A stretch of 31,592 nt of DNA from an uncultured Gemmatimonadales bacterium (GTDB lineage Bacteria > Gemmatimonadota > Gemmatimonadetes > Gemmatimonadales > GWC2-71-9). The stretch's first letter is position 1; every line of letters starts with the position of its first letter. The stretch is from positions 1 through 31,592 of the forward strand of contig CAVSQW010000016.1 of assembly GCA_963730185.1 (NCBI GenBank). The letters run 5' to 3'. The notes beneath the pieces were generated by a model. It was not told the origin of the DNA. It ran no database searches and saw only the letters and a list, made by a program, of their open reading frames with translations. Positions 28,136 to 31,592 of the stretch are shown piece by piece. A program made the position numbers and the translations under genes.

Positions 28136-28621
28136 TCAGTTGTTGCGGCGGTTGCCAATGATGCTCCGCGGGGCGCCGGGGAGCGACGCCCCCCGTTCCA
28201 CCCGCTTCGCCAGCATCAACGACCCGGCCGCCGAGCCGGCGCAGAGAACGGTGAACGGCCCGACGATCGCGCCGGTGATCAGCCAGAGGCTCGCGTTGGC
28301 GTGCGCCAACCCCACGGCCACCATGGCGGCCGGCACCAGGCTCAGCAACAGGCCGCCCAGGGCGCCCCAGAGGGCGAACTGGCGGACCGAGAGGTCGCTG
28401 AACCGTCGGCGTCGTCCGGCCACGCCGAGGACGATCGAGAAGAGGACGCCGCCAATGAACCCGGGATAGGCAAGGGCCGGCAGGGGGGCGTCGGAGGGAT
28501 CCAGCGCTCCCGGAATGAGCTTGGCAACGAGGGCGATCGCCACCCCGCAGAGTCCCCAGGCCACCCCCCAGACCAGCCCCATGCCGACCGCGCCACGCAT
28601 TCGCCGCAGCCATTTCTTCAT
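28136..28621 (-). CDS. Hypothetical four-TM membrane protein
   Basis: GGAGG RBS; MKKWLRRMRGAVGMGLVWG...; four hydrophobic segments; RRRFSDLS..QFALWGA.GG. Confidence 0.8.
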   Translation of the reverse strand: MKKWLRRMRGAVGMGLVWGVAWGLCGVAIALVAKLIPGALDPSDAPLPALAYPGFIGGVLFSIVLGVAGRRRRFSDLSVRQFALWGALGGLLLSLVPAAMVAVGLAHANASLWLITGAIVGPFTVLCAGSAAGSLMLAKRVERGASLPGAPRSIIGNRRNN

Positions 28622-28842
28622 CCCTGCCTCCGGTCGATTCCCGTGGGCGCCGGGTCCGTCCGTCGCACTTTGTAGGACCAAGTACGACCTTAACCGGAGA
28701 ATCGCAAGACCGACCGCGGGAAAGACGGGACCGCTTCGCCCACCGCTCCATCAACCGCGGGAATTGCCAGGAAACGCCTGGCCCTGGCCCTGCCCTGGCC
28801 TCGTGCCCGGTCGCGGGCGGCCTCCGTGGCCGATCCGCTCTC

Positions 28843-30900
28843 TTACTCCGCCCGGCGGCTTCGACCGGCCCGCCTGGCGGCCATCCGGCCTTCGCGGGCC
28901 AGCCGCTTGATGTCCATCCCGTGCCGGATCAAGAGCTTGGCCTCCGCCATGAAGATCGCCGCGTCGATCCCGGTCTCGACCGATTTGTAGTCGTCGAACC
29001 ACTGGGCGTGGTCCGGTGACTCCGCCCGCTGCATCACCTTGAGCAAGGCCACCTGGAGGAAGCCGACCTGGGTCCGGGTCAGCGGAAACGCCTCGACCTT
29101 CCGGTCACGATAGACGCCCCGCGTCCTCGCGAGCCGGAGCTCCGAGCGCCTGAGCAGGAGGGTGTCGGCCGTGTCGTCGTCGCCGCCCTCGTCGTCGCAG
29201 GAGAGCGGGTGGGGGTTGACGGCCACCGGGGGCAGGGTGGTCGGGGCGTCGGTCCGCGGGGCCGACAGCGGGATCAGGTGGAGGAAGTCGTTGGCGTCGC
29301 GGTCGCGATGGGTCAGGTGGCCCATCCCGAAGAGGTGCTCGACGGTCGCCAGCATCGAGGTGTGGTCGTAGGGCGTGTGGTCGATGACCCCGCGCTGGGT
29401 GTACGGTGAGATCACCACCGCCGGCACCCGGACGCCGAGCTGGTCGAACTTGAAGCCGTGCTGGACGTAGGAGTCGGTCTGGAGGTCGCCTGGGGGAACG
29501 GCCGGCCCCGGCTCGACGTGGTCGAAAAAGCCGCCGTGCTCGTCGAAGGTGACCAGCAGGAGGCTGTGCTCCCAGTGGGGCGAGTTCCGAATGGCCTCGT
29601 AGACGTCCTTGATGAGCCGCTCACCCCGGGTCACGTCGTCGAGCGGATGCATCGAGTTGCCGCAGGTGAAGTCGCCGGGGCCGGTGACGTCGAACTTGTG
29701 GGAGCCGTATTTTGGCTCGATGAAGACGAACTTCTCGTCGAAGGTCGCCTGGCTCACCATCGTCTTGAAGTCCTCGAAGTCGCTGAACCGGCCCTGGAGG
29801 GCGTTCAGGTTCATGCCCTTCATCGCGAAGCTCACCGGAAACTCGTCGCCCTCGAAGATCCGCCAGGGAATGCAGTTGGCGTCGCAGACGTCGAAGACGT
29901 TGCCGTTCTCGAACCGATAGCCCTCGACCGTGGTGGAGGTGACGATGTCGAGCTTGCCCGGGCTCCCGTCCAGGCCACCCGAGGTTCCGGCCAGGAGGAA
30001 GAACCGGTTGGGCCAGGTCGGCCCAGGGAGGGATGAGAACCACTGATCGCAGACCGCGAACTCGCGCGCCAGCGCGTTCAGCACCGGGAGCTGGCTCGGG
30101 TCGTAGCAGCGCATGATCCGCTCGGGCGTCGCGGAGCCGTTGTCGAGGTAGTTCTGGATGAACCCGGAGTTGTCGACGGTCGGGTAGCCGCCCAGCACGG
30201 GGTCGTAGACGGCACCGCCGCCGCAGAGCGAGACCAGGGTGTTCTCGAATTCGTGGCCGGGGTCTTCGTCGATGTCCTTGAGCTGGAAGTCGGCCGGCGC
30301 GCTGACCGGTACGGGCAGGCCGGTGACCGGGTTGACGTTGCTGGTGGTGGCGGGATCGAAGCCGGCGTTGAAGGTGGTCGGATCGCCGAAGGGGTCGACC
30401 CCGGTGATTCCGCTGAAGCCGAGCATGTGGTCGAAGGACCGGTTCTCGAGCATCAGCACGAAGACGTGCTGGATCTTCGGCGGGGCCCGCCGGCCTCGGC
30501 CGAGGAGCGCCGCCAACAGCTTGGCCAGGCTCAGCAGCAGGCACCGAAGGGTGTCCCAGGCGACGCAGACGGCCTGGAGGACCCAGGAGAACACGACGCA
30601 GAGCGCCTTGACCACCCAGGCGAAGGCCTTGCATACCCACTTGGCCACCCAGTACCAGGCCTTGCAGACCCACTTGGCGACCCAGTAATAGGCCCGGCAG
30701 AAGAACCCGGCGATGCAGTTCCAGGGCGTGTACCAGTGGCACTTCTCCCAGGAGGTGCACTGGCTCGACCCTTCGTCGGCCCAGGCCGAGCATTCGCTGG
30801 AGCCCTCGTCCGCCCAGGAAGTGCACTCGTAGTCGAGCTGGTTGGTCCAGTTCTTACAGGTGATGACCAGCGTGTCGACCCACTTGGTGCAGGTGGACAT
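28843..30900 (-). CDS. Phosphoesterase / non-specific phospholipase C family protein with N-terminal Cys/Trp-rich repeat domain
   Basis: IQHVFVLMLENRSFDHMLG, CDQWFSSLPGPTWPNR, TFDEHGGFFDHV, LGVRVPAVVISPY, YDHTS; GGGGA RBS. Confidence 0.92.
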   Translation of the reverse strand: MSTCTKWVDTLVITCKNWTNQLDYECTSWADEGSSECSAWADEGSSQCTSWEKCHWYTPWNCIAGFFCRAYYWVAKWVCKAWYWVAKWVCKAFAWVVKALCVVFSWVLQAVCVAWDTLRCLLLSLAKLLAALLGRGRRAPPKIQHVFVLMLENRSFDHMLGFSGITGVDPFGDPTTFNAGFDPATTSNVNPVTGLPVPVSAPADFQLKDIDEDPGHEFENTLVSLCGGGAVYDPVLGGYPTVDNSGFIQNYLDNGSATPERIMRCYDPSQLPVLNALAREFAVCDQWFSSLPGPTWPNRFFLLAGTSGGLDGSPGKLDIVTSTTVEGYRFENGNVFDVCDANCIPWRIFEGDEFPVSFAMKGMNLNALQGRFSDFEDFKTMVSQATFDEKFVFIEPKYGSHKFDVTGPGDFTCGNSMHPLDDVTRGERLIKDVYEAIRNSPHWEHSLLLVTFDEHGGFFDHVEPGPAVPPGDLQTDSYVQHGFKFDQLGVRVPAVVISPYTQRGVIDHTPYDHTSMLATVEHLFGMGHLTHRDRDANDFLHLIPLSAPRTDAPTTLPPVAVNPHPLSCDDEGGDDDTADTLLLRRSELRLARTRGVYRDRKVEAFPLTRTQVGFLQVALLKVMQRAESPDHAQWFDDYKSVETGIDAAIFMAEAKLLIRHGMDIKRLAREGRMAARRAGRSRRAE

Positions 30901-30910
30901 GGCATTCCCC

Positions 30911-31243
30911 CTAGGGTTCGTACTGGGCTCGGAGGTGGCGATAGAGGAGGGCGAGGCGGAGCCGGGCGACTCCGACGCCGATGAGCTTGCCGGTGAGGCC
31001 GGCCGCGAAGACGAGGGCGGCCCCGAGGAGGAGGCTCCGAGTCAGGCCGCCCTGGAGGACGACCCCGAAGTGGAGGCGGTCGACGACCAGGGCGAGGAGC
31101 GCGATGAGGGCGAAGGCGCCGCCCAGGCTGCAGCCGCACTCGCCGTGGAGCGCCTTGGCGCGTTGGACGTAGGGGAGGAAGCTCTCCCGCTCGCCGGGCC
31201 GGGAGCGCAGCAGCTGGTCGAGGACCGACTCGGTTTGGGACAC
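30911..31243 (-). CDS. Small two-TM membrane protein with CGC motif (GTG start 31243; alternative TTG 31255)
   Basis: ECGCSLGGAFALIALL...LVFAAGLTGKLIGVGVARLRL; ends 10 nt before the phosphoesterase start. Confidence 0.7.
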   Translation of the reverse strand: MSQTESVLDQLLRSRPGERESFLPYVQRAKALHGECGCSLGGAFALIALLALVVDRLHFGVVLQGGLTRSLLLGAALVFAAGLTGKLIGVGVARLRLALLYRHLRAQYEP

Positions 31244-31568
31244 ACCAGCCCCCAAGTACGGGGAGTCGAGGGTGATCAGCTGGACCGCTTCAAGTTATGG
31301 CGAATCCCGGTTCGCGTCGACGGGTGGCGCGCTTTGGGTCACCGAGGGGGCATGCTGTGCCACATAATTCCTTATCGCCGCGGGGGTGCTGCATAAGGAG
31401 GTGCTCGCCGTACTTATGCTGCGGGCCCCGCTCGGATGGGTGGCCAGCGCCGCCTCCGGCGGCCGGCCAGCGAAGGGCCGGAAGTGTCGGTTCGCAAACA
31501 GGTTGCGGAGGGTCTGGCCGGCGGTAACCCGCGGCCCGACGAATTTGTTATCTTGCGAGCTGGAGTCC

Positions 31569-31592
31569 ACGCAGGTCAAGTACTAGTTAGGC
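31569..31592 (+). mobile_element. Possible integron att site (attC 3' arm or attI core) at the window end
   Basis: ACGCAGGTCAAGTACTAGTTAGGC ends in GTTAGGC (GTTRRRY); no matching RYYYAAC arm found upstream. Confidence 0.35.

Overview
GC-rich (~70% by eye) bacterial accessory region. The gene content (ADOP permeases with PadR, NtrC-family system) suggests Gemmatimonadota or Acidobacteriota, but this is inference. The core is a ~12.5 kb copper island (3881-16421): cusCBA RND efflux, a Met/His-rich Ig-fold lipoprotein, a sigma54 two-component system, a cupredoxin/beta-helix lipoprotein and a Tat-exported two-domain multicopper oxidase. Around it lie single accessory genes (VOC protein, M42 peptidase, serine hydrolase, SAM methyltransferase, DUF1801, nitroreductase, XRE and PadR regulators, ADOP permeases). 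There is also an unusually dense set of gene relics: two duplicated gene segments, DHFR-like, APC permease, DsbA, BON and Cas1 fragments, and attC-like half sites. The most novel-looking element is at the right end: a two-gene operon of a CGC-motif membrane protein and a phosphoesterase/phospholipase C. The enzyme's N-terminal 112 aa carry 12 cysteines in exactly mirror-symmetric, 11-residue-periodic positions. Several single-base frameshifts are probably sequencing errors. All family calls come from motif recognition by eye, not database searches.
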